DNA of 61,769 nucleotides, the filler included, from Choristocarpus tenellus KU-1152 (taxonomy: Eukaryota; Protista; Phaeophyceae): assembly GCA_964200185.2 (NCBI GenBank). It is 13 parts of 13 records of this genome, joined end to end, with 100 filler letters (N's around TTAATTAATTAA, not from the genome) between each part and the next. Parts side by side here need not be neighbours in the genome. Positions count along the whole stretch, not along the records: positions 47,748 to 54,354 come from CAXNAD020007762.1; positions 54,455 to 58,584 come from CAXNAD020016067.1; positions 58,685 to 61,769 come from CAXNAD020022430.1; 10 more parts are not named here. One strand, given 5' to 3'. Position numbers and translations under genes: made by a program. Under the pieces are notes generated by a model that saw only the letters and a list, made by a program, of their open reading frames with translations, ran no database searches and had not been told where the DNA came from. This document shows, in pieces, positions 51,668-61,769 of the stretch. Each line of letters starts with the position of its first letter. Within the stretch, counting starts at the first letter, position 1.

Positions 51668-52430
51668 ATATAGAAATATATACTCCTTGAACCGACACTG
51701 AGTTATATATGCCGGATTTTGTTGAGGGGGTAACGCTCAATGCCAGAGCCAAGGGCAGGGGAGTATATGCAAAAGAGAGCTATTCAATAGTCTTTTCATT
51801 ATGCTGTATGGATGTATTTATTAGCGGAGTGAGCTCAGCCCTCGGTGGTGGGGGCTCTCTCTTATTATCTTATTGCACACGTCAGCAGACATATCAAAAT
51901 GTGTCCAGCCGTTGGTCGTACTATATCACTTGTCCTGTTTAACTAGTACTACGTCGGCAATCCTCCGTCAATCCACTTATATCAAGTAATAAGAAATCAA
52001 TCATCCGAGATTCGAACGTATTTCTCTAAGCACACGGATGCAAGTCAACGACACTTATTCCACTTATTCAACATTCCTATTTTCTAGTAACGGTCACTAA
52101 ACACCTATAAACCATATAGACTACCAGCCTATATTGCACAGAGTATACCTCAGATGAGACGATCGGCGGATGCCAGGGACTGCGACCAAGTACCAGCCCC
52201 ACTACACGATGAAACATAGAGAAAAGCGGGTCAGTAACCCCTACGAGGTCAAATGGGAGAATGGCGACTTGCGAAATATGCAACTCTTTGTCTCCAGCAC
52301 TACAGCACTGACCAAAACGCTCCTACACGGGCCTGGTTCCGGACAGGTCCCACACTGACACCATACTGACGACATTCACGGCTTTGAGGAGCAACATAGG
52401 CCGATTTCTGTTCGTGAGTCACCTTCTCTA

Positions 52431-52609
52431 GGCTCGAAGTATCTGGGGGGGGGTGACGGCTCTCCATTTTGGGTCAATTTTTTCTTGTCGCGATTTTGGG
52501 TGATTTGGTTGCATACGTCGGATGGATAATGTAAGGGCACTTTTCCTGTTTATAGCCCAAAATGGACACCCTTATGTAGACACCCTCACCCCCCCAGATG
52601 CTTTGGGTC
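52431..52609. mobile_element. MITE family B, complete (179 bp), TSD TCTA
   Basis: TCTA[GGCTCGAAGTATCTGGGGG...CCCCCAGATGCTTTGGGTC]TCTA. Confidence 0.9.
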
Positions 52610-53152
52610 TCTACTTCGCCAGTCCGATACATGCCTCGACAGACATGTTATCATGGAGAGATCGGACATTCTCTAAATCGACGGACTTACGCATTTGGTA
52701 TATTGAATTCATTATCTTCCCAAAGAGTTTGTGTTCATGTGTCCTCACACACATGTTTTTATTGGCCCGGTGGCAACCAAAATTTCGTCTCCATTATTGG
52801 TGCGTTCTGCCACCATCCTCTACAATACTTTTACTGTCATGCCCCAATCCTTTTTCCTCCCCCCTTTGCGCTGATCGGATCACAGAGCAATTGACATAAA
52901 TCTTACCACAAATACGTTGTCGCACAAGCATCTCGTACTCCACACCACCATCTTCAGCACAAGTCGAGATTTCCACAACATTTGACATGTCTTCCACACT
53001 GAAACCAAGCGGCGGCAACCACCCACACTCCAGTCTTTGAACCCAACGACAACTTCCCTGAGCCATAAAAACGTAGTCTACACCCTCTCAAGCACCAAGC
53101 GTAGATCCTGAATGCATTTTAGCCCAAAATACATCATATTAGGACGGTTAAT

Positions 53153-53372
53153 GGGTCAAAGTATCTTGGGGGGTGATGGTTTGTCATGATTCGTCCTTTT
53201 CTGGGCGGACGAATTACTAAAAAATTATAGCAATTGCTGTCTTCGGTCGCGGACGTTTCACGACAGAAGACAGCAATTGTTATGATTTTTGAGCACTTCG
53301 TCCGGACCAAAACGGACACCCCCTCACAAACCACCCCCCCCCCCCACCTACTCTGCCCCACCCCCACTCCCT
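53153..53372. mobile_element. MITE family C, foldback element, right end degraded
   Basis: Starts GGGTCAAAGTATCTTGGGGGG. Central inverted repeat aaaattatagcaattgctgtcttcggtcg / cgacagaagacagcaattgttatgatttt. Possible TSD TAAT. Confidence 0.75.
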
Positions 53373-54325
53373 TAATACAAAATTAACTGCAACATAAAAA
53401 CAACGCAACCAAAGCATACCTGATCAAGATAACATTGGCCTAAAGGTCGATGGTGTGTGGTCAGCACACTCATCAAGCTTACGAGGTCAGAGAGTATGGG
53501 ATCAGCGTATCAATCAGCCTAAGGGCGAGGCGCGAGGTATATGTGGCCAGAATATAGGGTCTCTAGTATCTTGTATAAAACAGAGGATACACTCAGAATG
53601 GGGATACGACGAGCAAACACTATACACGATGTCAACAAAACGATTTAACTAGTGTTTGTGATTCGACATTGCTATACGGGTTATACGATGATTTGATCAC
53701 CATTCCGATGCGTGAAAACAACATCGTGTGTTACATGACCAAATCAACACAGCAAATGACGAGATCAAATGTGTACATTCTCCTTCCTCAATTCTGACTT
53801 CGATTGGAATATTTTCCACGACAACAATATTCAAGTGGACAACTCGGACGTATGATGTTGGTGACTCAACTCTCCTAAAACCATACGAGGTGACTGTACG
53901 GTCATTATATCATGTCGGGGGAATCATGCCACACGAAAAAAAAAATGAGTAACTTGTATGGCTCACCTGAAGTCTCCATATCTTACCTGGTGGTAGACTT
54001 GAATCTTCATTTTTTTTCTGTTTAGGATGGGATTAGTCATTTCATGAAGATCAATAAATCCATTTCATAAAAGCATGACATGATGTAATGAGCAGTCACA
54101 TTTAGCACACACATGCTAATATATAATGTGCTCGGTGATAACACGGTCTCTTCACCACCGCATGTGTCTACTCATGCAAACGAGGAGAGTTGAGAGATAA
54201 AATTAATTGTATATTAATTTATCTAAATCCACCAACATTTATGTAGACTATTTGCAAGGATTGATAAACCTGGTAAACACGAGATGCCAAGTCAGAGCTG
54301 GTCGTTAACAGGTTAACTGACATTT

Positions 54326-54354
54326 GGCTCAAAGTATCTGGGAGGGGGTGGCGG
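54326..54354. mobile_element. MITE family B left terminus at contig end
   Basis: GGCTCAAAGTATCTGGGAGGGGGTGGCGG. Confidence 0.8.
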
Positions 54355-54454
54355 NNNNNNNNNNNNNNNNNNNNNNNNNNNNNNNNNNNNNNNNNNNNTT
54401 AATTAATTAANNNNNNNNNNNNNNNNNNNNNNNNNNNNNNNNNNNNNNNNNNNN

Positions 54455-54523
54455 CCAAAATCGCGACATGAAAAAATTGACCCCAAATGGACAGCCGCCA
54501 CCCCCTCCCAGATACTTTGAGCC
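54455..54523. mobile_element. MITE family B terminus (reverse orientation) at contig start
   Basis: ccaaaatcgcgaca...CCCAGATACTTTGAGCC is similar to the reverse complement of 52431-52500. Confidence 0.85.
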
Positions 54524-56489
54524 GTTACTTATTTATGTTAACGTTGTATGATTTCACTCATGACTACAAAAGAGTCGGGGGATTTTCCCAGTACTTTCCC
54601 AAACATCGTATAAGAAGGCATAAGAGCGGTACAGAGGCTCTGCCTATGGTACCAAGCAGGGTACTTATTCCCTACTACCGAATCATCCCTTGCTTGATGC
54701 AGGTCCATGTCTACTCGATGTTAGTCCATGCATCTACTTGATGCAGCTCCATCTTCTAACATATTTAAGCTGGTAGCATCTTATCTGTGCATTCCTTGTC
54801 CTCTTGCACTTGTGTCTTCCCCTCGATCTCATTGTCACCCCCCTTTTTCATTGCTTGGCACTTTGATAGATAAGCTAGGATAGTTTATGAGTTTTAAGCT
54901 TGTAAGCGACTGCCATCATACGAGAACCAGAGGGACTATGTTGTATGTTTTACTGGTAGAAGCAAGTCGGTAGACGTTGGAGTATAATTATGATCTCTAT
55001 ATTGCTCAAGATGTCAATCTGGAGTGACCAGGTTGATTTCATGGGTATGACCTCACTGCTACATTTCGTTTCGAAACCCACTGTCTACGATGTGAAATGA
55101 ATAGAGTTAAAACACATTCCGTACTATCCTCTATTTTTTCTGTAGTAGATGGTCCGCAACTCTAATACAACAGGATTGTCTTTTGGCATGCCACACCATG
55201 GAAAGCATACCAATCTTACGCATTGCAAACAATTAAGAGTTAGATAACCCTGCTATCTAATGCAACTCCTGTTTCTGTTATGAAGGAGAGATATAGCAGT
55301 CTATAGTGTGAGTGGTTCCTGCACCTGACGTTCACCTCAGCATTCGTATCTTCTTCTGTAATGTGAATGCTCTATCAGTGAACTTTCGCAGCTAGGGTTG
55401 TAACTCCTTGAAATCAACATAGAGCAAAGCAGCCAGGGACTAGGGGTAGGTTGAAGGCCTCGTACTGCTTTGCCCAACAAAGGGTTCTCCGGCAATTAAT
55501 TAGCCCAAACCAATTGAGAGGTAGGCAGGCTTGCACCCTTTTACATTCTAAAGCCATCTTTCTTAACCTGTGCGATACACTATTTCATTGCTTCATGTGC
55601 ACATTAGTGTACACAAAGTTGATATTCGCCCTTTTTAAACACAAAGTGACGCCATAATTCAGCGAAGGCTCTTTCTCGAGATCCTTACAATACAACCCTG
55701 CCTACTTGTCAGTAAGTTTCACTCGATGTAGATGGGGAAGGACTCAACTCTATCCATTAATTCCCCATACAACAAGATTAAAGTGACTCAATATATTCTC
55801 AATATTCGGAGTTCACTGACAGATCACCCAGTTGGAGTCTAGGCTGGAGGATGTGAAGCTTGCATTTGCTAATCGAACATCTTGAGAAGCTAGGTTGTCT
55901 GAGGGTTTTACTAAATCATCAAAGAGGGTCAATTGTCCTGGAGAAACCTGAACCGTATCGCTCATCAATATACCTCTGTATCCTTTAAGTCACGGTCACC
56001 ACGTGAGTGCAAATGGCAAAATCAATTCAGTGCATAGTCTTAGAGTCCCAACCTTTCGGTGTACAATCAAGACATCACATGCCCATATACCTACATTCAT
56101 TACGCAAGTACACAATTTTTTCTTCTGCTTCTAGATCTACCCTAAATTGATATCATAACCTCTCACCGAATGCTGGTCAGTCTTCTCTTGTTCATGGATT
56201 TAAAGCGATGTTGTCTACCTCTCTGCCAAAGGTATCAAATCTAGCTTGTTCTGGAGTACTTGCTTGTCTAGGGCAAGGCTGAAGCAAAATCTAAATCGGT
56301 ATCATGGGGCTCTTGTGAGAGTTTGATGAGCAGCTTGTTGTGAGCCTTCGTCCTATGGCCTTGGCTACCGGTACAACTCCAATATTTTGTGGCTTACTGC
56401 ATGACCATGAACAATCGTCTGCCTGCATCTCGTCATACGACCTGCGAGACCGTTGCCTGCTTGTACATCTCGTCATGTTGGCTGCTTGT

Positions 56490-58584
56490 ACACCCTTCTG
56501 CTATAATGGTACTGCGTAGTTCATGGTACCATTCCATTGCTGACTGCTTCAGTCCATAGATTGCCCTTTCCGCCTTGACGGTGTGGCCGTCCGGAAGCTC
56601 CAGTCAGATGTCCTCTTGTAGGTCCGCATTTAGGTAGGCCTGTGTGAAGTCCAGGGCATCTATGTTCCAACCTCTGTACGCTGCAACTGATATGACGCAT
56701 CGTAGTGTGTCGTACCCTACCACCGGGCTGAAGGTTTCAAAGAAGTCCACTCCTGCATTTTGGGTGAACCCATGGGCCACAAGTCTTGTCTTATATCGTT
56801 CCACTGACCCGTCTGCGGAGCGCTTGATCTTGAAAACAAATCTTGTTTTAATTGCCTTCCTCCCTTGGGGCAGGGCCTTGTCAATAAAGGTCCCCTTTTG
56901 CCATAACCCTGACATTTCCTTCTCCATTGCCTCTTGCCACTGCTCTGCATCTGGCCCACTCAAGGCCGCCTTTGTTGTGGATGGCTCGTCTGGACCTCCT
57001 GTTACTTCCCCCATGAGACCCATAAGGCAGTACACTTCTTCGTTGTTCTGCTGCATGAGGGTTGACACAAAGTGGTTTATGTCTGTTTCTTCATCTTCTT
57101 CTTGGTCACATAGTTGAGATGTGTAGGCTACCCACTGGCGTTGCTCCAGCCTGGCAGATCTCCGCCGTCCAGAGTGTTGAGCCAAGCGCTTGGCCGCCAT
57201 CTGCGCTGCCCTATCCATGCGCTGTCTTTGTCCCATCCTGGGAGTTTCTTGACTCTGGGGGGATGCTGGACGCTTTGCATCTTGAGCCCCACGCCCAATA
57301 CTCTGGCTCTCACTCCCAGCCTCACTCCCTGTTGTGGAAGCCTCTTCTTCATTTTTCATACCCATGTCCATGTCGTCATCGAACTCTGACTCCTCCAGTA
57401 TGTCCAGCTCTGGCTCCCCCACTAGCTCCAGCAGTTTGGCTTCAGGCTGGAAAGTCACTTGCGCTGAGGTCACCAGCTTACCCTTCTGTGGGATCCACAC
57501 ATGCCAGCACAGTGACGCTCTGTCATCTCCAACAAGGATCCCCCGCTTCGCATATGGGTGGAACTTGGCATTAGCGCCGTGCTGTTGCTTGGTCTGGTGT
57601 ACAAAACACTCTGTCCCAAATACTCGGAGCCGCTTGTAGTTCAATGGTGTGTTGGTCAGGCGCTCACATGGTGTCTCCCCTCCCTAGTACTCGTGCTTCA
57701 TTCCAGTAGTCTTGAATGTGGCGTCTGCCACTGAAAAAAACCAGAACTCCTTCCCCAGTCCAGCATGCATCAGCTGGATGCGTGCTGCTTGCATTACATG
57801 CTTTATTGCCCGCTCAGCAATACCGTTGCTCAGGGGCGTGCATGGGGATGTCTTGCGCCATTTCACGCTCCGCTCTGTCAGCATGCGCTGGGACATTATG
57901 CTCCTCCCGAACTCGCCAGCACCATCCCCACTGATGCATCTCACTACCACCCTATCTCGAGCCATTTCGTCTATGTAGGCAGCAGTGGCCGCTGTAGCGG
58001 CATTCTTGGTACGCAGACCTATCACCCTCTTCTCCCTGCTAGCCTCGTCCACAAAAACCCGATAATATTTCATGCCCGTCACGTCCGGGTCAAAGGGTCC
58101 CTCCATGTCTGTGTGCACCACCTCCCCCACTGTCTTGGGACTGCGGCCTCCCCGTGCGTAACCGAGTGCCTCGGACTTGCACTCCTTGCATTCCTTGCAG
58201 TGGAGCTCTGAGGCGACTGTAGTATCTGAAATGTCCAGGAGATCTCGTTTCCCAGGTGCTTTATCGCAAATGGGTTGAGGTGACCCAGTATGTTGTGCCA
58301 ATCTTGTAGGGAGAGACACTGCTGCTTATTTGCATAGCTAGCATTTATTGTTGCCTGGCCTCTCTCCCCCTTCTCCGCATGGAACTGGGCCCTCACCATC
58401 AGGAAGGCTCCCTTCTCCTCTAAGTAGAGTTTGGCTGCCTCGTTGCTGGGCTTGATGGAACTCCTCCTGGTCCCAGAGTCCACAAATTCACCTCCCTTAC
58501 GCCGCATGCTGCCTGTGCTAAGAAGTCTGCATGGTAGACCAGGTACCCAGAGCACATCCTGGAGCACAATCTTGGTCGGCTTGC
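56490..58584 (-). mobile_element. Ty1/Copia pol (pre-integrase, integrase, RT), decayed and truncated
   Basis: VLWVPGLPCRLLS, WHNILGH, VHTDMEGP, SGDGAGEF, SNGIAERAIK, LRVFGTECFV, YKTRLVAHGFTQ, LDFTQAYLN and AIYGLKQS, in integrase-before-RT order, with stops and a frameshift. Confidence 0.95.
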
Positions 58585-59400
58585 NNNNNNNNNNNNNNNN
58601 NNNNNNNNNNNNNNNNNNNNNNNNNNNNTTAATTAATTAANNNNNNNNNNNNNNNNNNNNNNNNNNNNNNNNNNNNNNNNNNNNGGTGGGGGGGGGGGGT
58701 GGGGGGGGGTTGGGGGTGGGGGGGGGGGGGGGGCAAGGGAGGAGGTGCTTTATACCATGTCATGAGCTCAATTCAGCATTATCCTTCCTCTTAGAGACCT
58801 CCGGGGTTTTTTTGTTCGAGGGGTATTGCCCCCCCCCCCTGCCCCCTTCAGAAACTGGTGGGATGGCAGTTACAATACTCATCCTCAGATTGAGTGCATG
58901 CCTAGTACGAAGTGTGCAATTGTTCACCGATAGTTATTGGCTTTGTTTTCAAGAGGGGGGGGGGGGAGAATGTGATTGTTTTGTTTGTTTTTTTCCTCCG
59001 CTGCTTGAAATAAGAATAAATAAATATTGAAATAAGAATGAAAGTGGAACATGCTCCGGACTTGTGCTTAAGCAAATGACTTCGTAGTCACGCAGGTGCT
59101 GCATCAAGTCTGAATGGGGTCAGTAAGAAAGCAGGGGTAGTATCCATTTCATTGTCCCTTTAGGTAGCTGGCCCTGCCGCCCAACACATTGTGTATCGAG
59201 GGTGAGCTGCCTCGGGTTTGTGTTTCTGCCATCCTGTTCATTCCTGTGTTTCTGTGATTTGACCTCTGCTGTTGTGTGCTTGTACTTCATTTCAACTGGC
59301 GTTATTGACACCACCGTGTCAGTTGAAAAGGTTGCTTGGGGTTAGGGTTTTCAAAAGTATTGTAACTCTCAATTCTTGTCGCTTGATTTATTTTTTTCAG

Positions 59401-59598
59401 GCTGCTGGTTTCCTGTTTGAAGGGGTGGAGGATGACGAGGAGTCAGGCGGTCAAGGAGGGGAAGGAGAGGATGGGGGACGGCAGAGCGGAGGCGGAGGGG
59501 GGAGCACGGGAGGGGAGTGGGTACAAGGGGGTAGTGTTGAAGAGGAGGGATTGGGAGAGGAGGATGAAGAAGAGTTTATTGACTTAGATGAGCTGTGA
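59401..59598 (+). CDS. Terminal exon of an unidentified gene with acidic, Gly-rich C-terminus
   Basis: Strong acceptor tttttttcag|, then AAGFLFEGVEDDEE...EEEFIDLDEL*. Confidence 0.55.
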   Translation, partial: AAGFLFEGVEDDEESGGQGGEGEDGGRQSGGGGGSTGGEWVQGGSVEEEGLGEEDEEEFIDLDEL

Positions 59599-61079
59599 GG
59601 AGATGCATACGTTGGGTGTGCAATGGTGCCCCCCAAGACCTTTTTCATGGCTCTCAGTCCCCTCTTCTCTTTATTTCTGCCGTAGTCACTACTCACTCTC
59701 TTCTTTTTGTATTTTTTTCCCTCACTGGTCATGAATCAGCAAACCCTTTTTAAAATACTCTCTGGGTTGTGTAGGCTTTGTATTCCGACAGGTAGGTTGG
59801 CGTATTTAGTTTGTGTGTGAGTTTTTGTGTGTTTGTGTGTGTGTGTGTGTGTGTTTTGTTCTCCTTTTAATTGAAATCTGATTGTATTGGAGATGAAGAG
59901 GGGAGCACTTTCATTTGGACTTTAGTTTGTTGTTGCACTGCAGTAATTTTACTTGTTTGTTGGGATTATGGAGCCTATTTTTGTCATACTGTTGACTTAT
60001 TGATAGTATTAATAGTGTGATACCATTGCCAGAGTATGATAGGGAAACAGAGGTCAATGTCCTTTGTATTTGTGGGGCAGGGGGAAGAGATAAGGGAGAG
60101 AATTGGACTGTGCCGCATTGTAAGTGTCCCTTGTATTGCCCCCCCTTCCCATGCTTGCATTAACCAGAGCTCTAGTGCCTATGGTCAAGACTGTGGGAAG
60201 GGGGTCAGGGGGAGTTACAGCAGCACCCCTGCCTTGGCTGCCCTCCAGATAGAATTGGACGCGATAGATCGCTTGTTATGTCAGTGTGTATCACGTTGCC
60301 CAATGCCTGTCTCGTTAGGGAGTAGTTGAGAAGATTGAGGTATTAATGATACAAAGTACTTTTGAAGTGATTGATAAATGTCTGAGAGATGAGTGATAGA
60401 TCTCATTTTGGTGTTAAACTGAAGAGTCTTGTTTGGGAAGGAAAAATAAAAACATACAGGGGATTTGTAGTGATATTTTGGGTGTCCACGCACATGCAGT
60501 CTATGTGCTGGACCAAAGCTCGCCCCGCCGTTGTGGGAGGAATGTATTGCACAGGCATTCTTGAATAGGCTATTGATATCACTATGTGGAATAAACTCAG
60601 TTGATCCCTAAACATGTTTCTGAGGGGGAGGGGGAGTGGGAGATGGTGGGGGATTATAAATTTGATGTCTTCTTTCTGTGTACTTCATTCTAACATTTAT
60701 AACATCTTGGAGGCGTTCAGGGGTGTAAGAGTATTTTTTCTTCTATCGGGCTGAAACGTCTAGTACTACAGTGCATTTTTGGTGCAGCTATGGGTACTGT
60801 TGAGTCCTCCTGAAAGGATGCAGAAGATAGGGTCATTCATTGCGTGGAAATGATTCGCTACTATACGACACTATTAATAGCACTTTGTTGCATTATATGG
60901 GATGCGTGTAGAGTTTGTATTAGGAGGATGTCCAGTGATTTTTCAAGAGATAAGTTGTTGCATTATTAGGTGCAGTGTCTATGATATGGTTTGCAGTAGG
61001 TTGTGCTCGGGTGGGGATGGCTTTAAGAATTGATGTCAGGGGATGTGACAAGGTGTCCAAATGATGTCTCCTTCCATCA

Positions 61080-61315
61080 GAGTGAAAGTATCTTAGAGGG
61101 TACGGGTTTTTCCCTGTTTGTCCATTTGGGGCTTGACTTCCCATGGGATTTTTTAGTGACATTTTCCCACTCCAAAATATTTTGGAGTAGGTAAAATGTA
61201 TACGTTATGAAAAGGTGTGTCTGGAACAAGGATATNNNNNNNNNNCATCAAAATCGCAACATTGGATTTTTGCCCTCAAATGGACGCGGCTCTACCCTCT
61301 AAGATACTTTGGCTC
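61080..61315 (+). mobile_element. MITE family A spanning a small N gap, TSD not resolved
   Basis: Both termini intact; flanks atca/ttac do not match. Confidence 0.92.
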
Positions 61316-61769
61316 TTACCCACTAGAATCAACTTTGATGTCTCTCTGTGTTGACTACTATGAAGCAGGAGAAACAGTCGCCTGTTGTTCAACTATTCGA
61401 AAGAAATGTGGACAAATTGTCAAGTCTCGCATGATTATCACTTGAGTGTGCTGCCTATTGCTCGAGCTGGGTGCTTTTGTTCCAATTTTTTTTATAGAAT
61501 GTTCTTATGCTGATGGGATGAACAGATCCGTCCAGTCCTACTCTCCAGTATTTAATAGTAATTGTATGCTAATGCAGCATCCAGTATTGTTATGAGGTCT
61601 TCGACCTCCACTTCAGGTGCATGGCACCTTCTCAAAGGAAGGGAAGGCATCTTCTTCTCCATACTTGAGGCAGTGTTATGCAATATACCATACATGTTGT
61701 GAGCCATGTATTGTACATTTAAAAAAAATATATATCGACACTTTATCCCAGTCAATTTTGGGTCAAGCC

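Noticed and set aside
56644-58211. Several long plus-strand ORFs
   Set aside because: Antisense shadows of Copia pol.
15302-61315. Family A repeats as a CRISPR array or a small-protein family (YPLRYF/LPSKIL ORFs)
   Set aside because: Dispersed, both orientations, ~258 bp with TIRs and TSDs, and no conserved reading frame: a MITE.
61552-61755. Possible minus-strand terminal exon (LITILDAALAYNYY*)
   Set aside because: No clear acceptor or recognisable family; truncated by the window end.

Overview
This window is not one locus. It is 13 short contigs of an intron-rich eukaryotic nuclear genome joined by 12 artificial N-TTAATTAATTAA-N linkers. A stramenopile, most likely a brown alga or close relative, is inferred from the bromodomain-HAT architecture, the DIRS/Ngaro RT motifs and the TTAGGG repeats. 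Host genes, mostly partial: a BRWD/PHIP-like bromodomain protein, a p300/CBP-like HAT, an ankyrin-containing unknown, a SIM+RING-H2 ligase head-to-head with a coiled-coil gene, an Ig-like(ASH)+centlein-like gene head-to-head with a BAR+SH3 gene, a frameshifted helical-bundle+TKL kinase, and tRNA-Glu(TTC). Much of the rest is decayed TEs: two Ty3/Gypsy copies, Ty1/Copia, a DIRS/Ngaro-like element, two plant-type (DD39D-like) mariners, and a Sola2-like transposase. The most notable signal is three related short non-autonomous elements (MITEs) sharing an AAAGTATCT terminal core. Family A (~258 bp, GAG...CTC termini) has 9 copies nested in almost every other TE and makes both 4-bp and 3-bp target duplications, checkable against empty paralogous sites within this window. 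A candidate partner, an apparently intron-containing Sola2-like transposase with a Tudor-like accessory ORF, is also present. MITE copies show strong CpG decay. All protein assignments are by motif recognition, with no database search.
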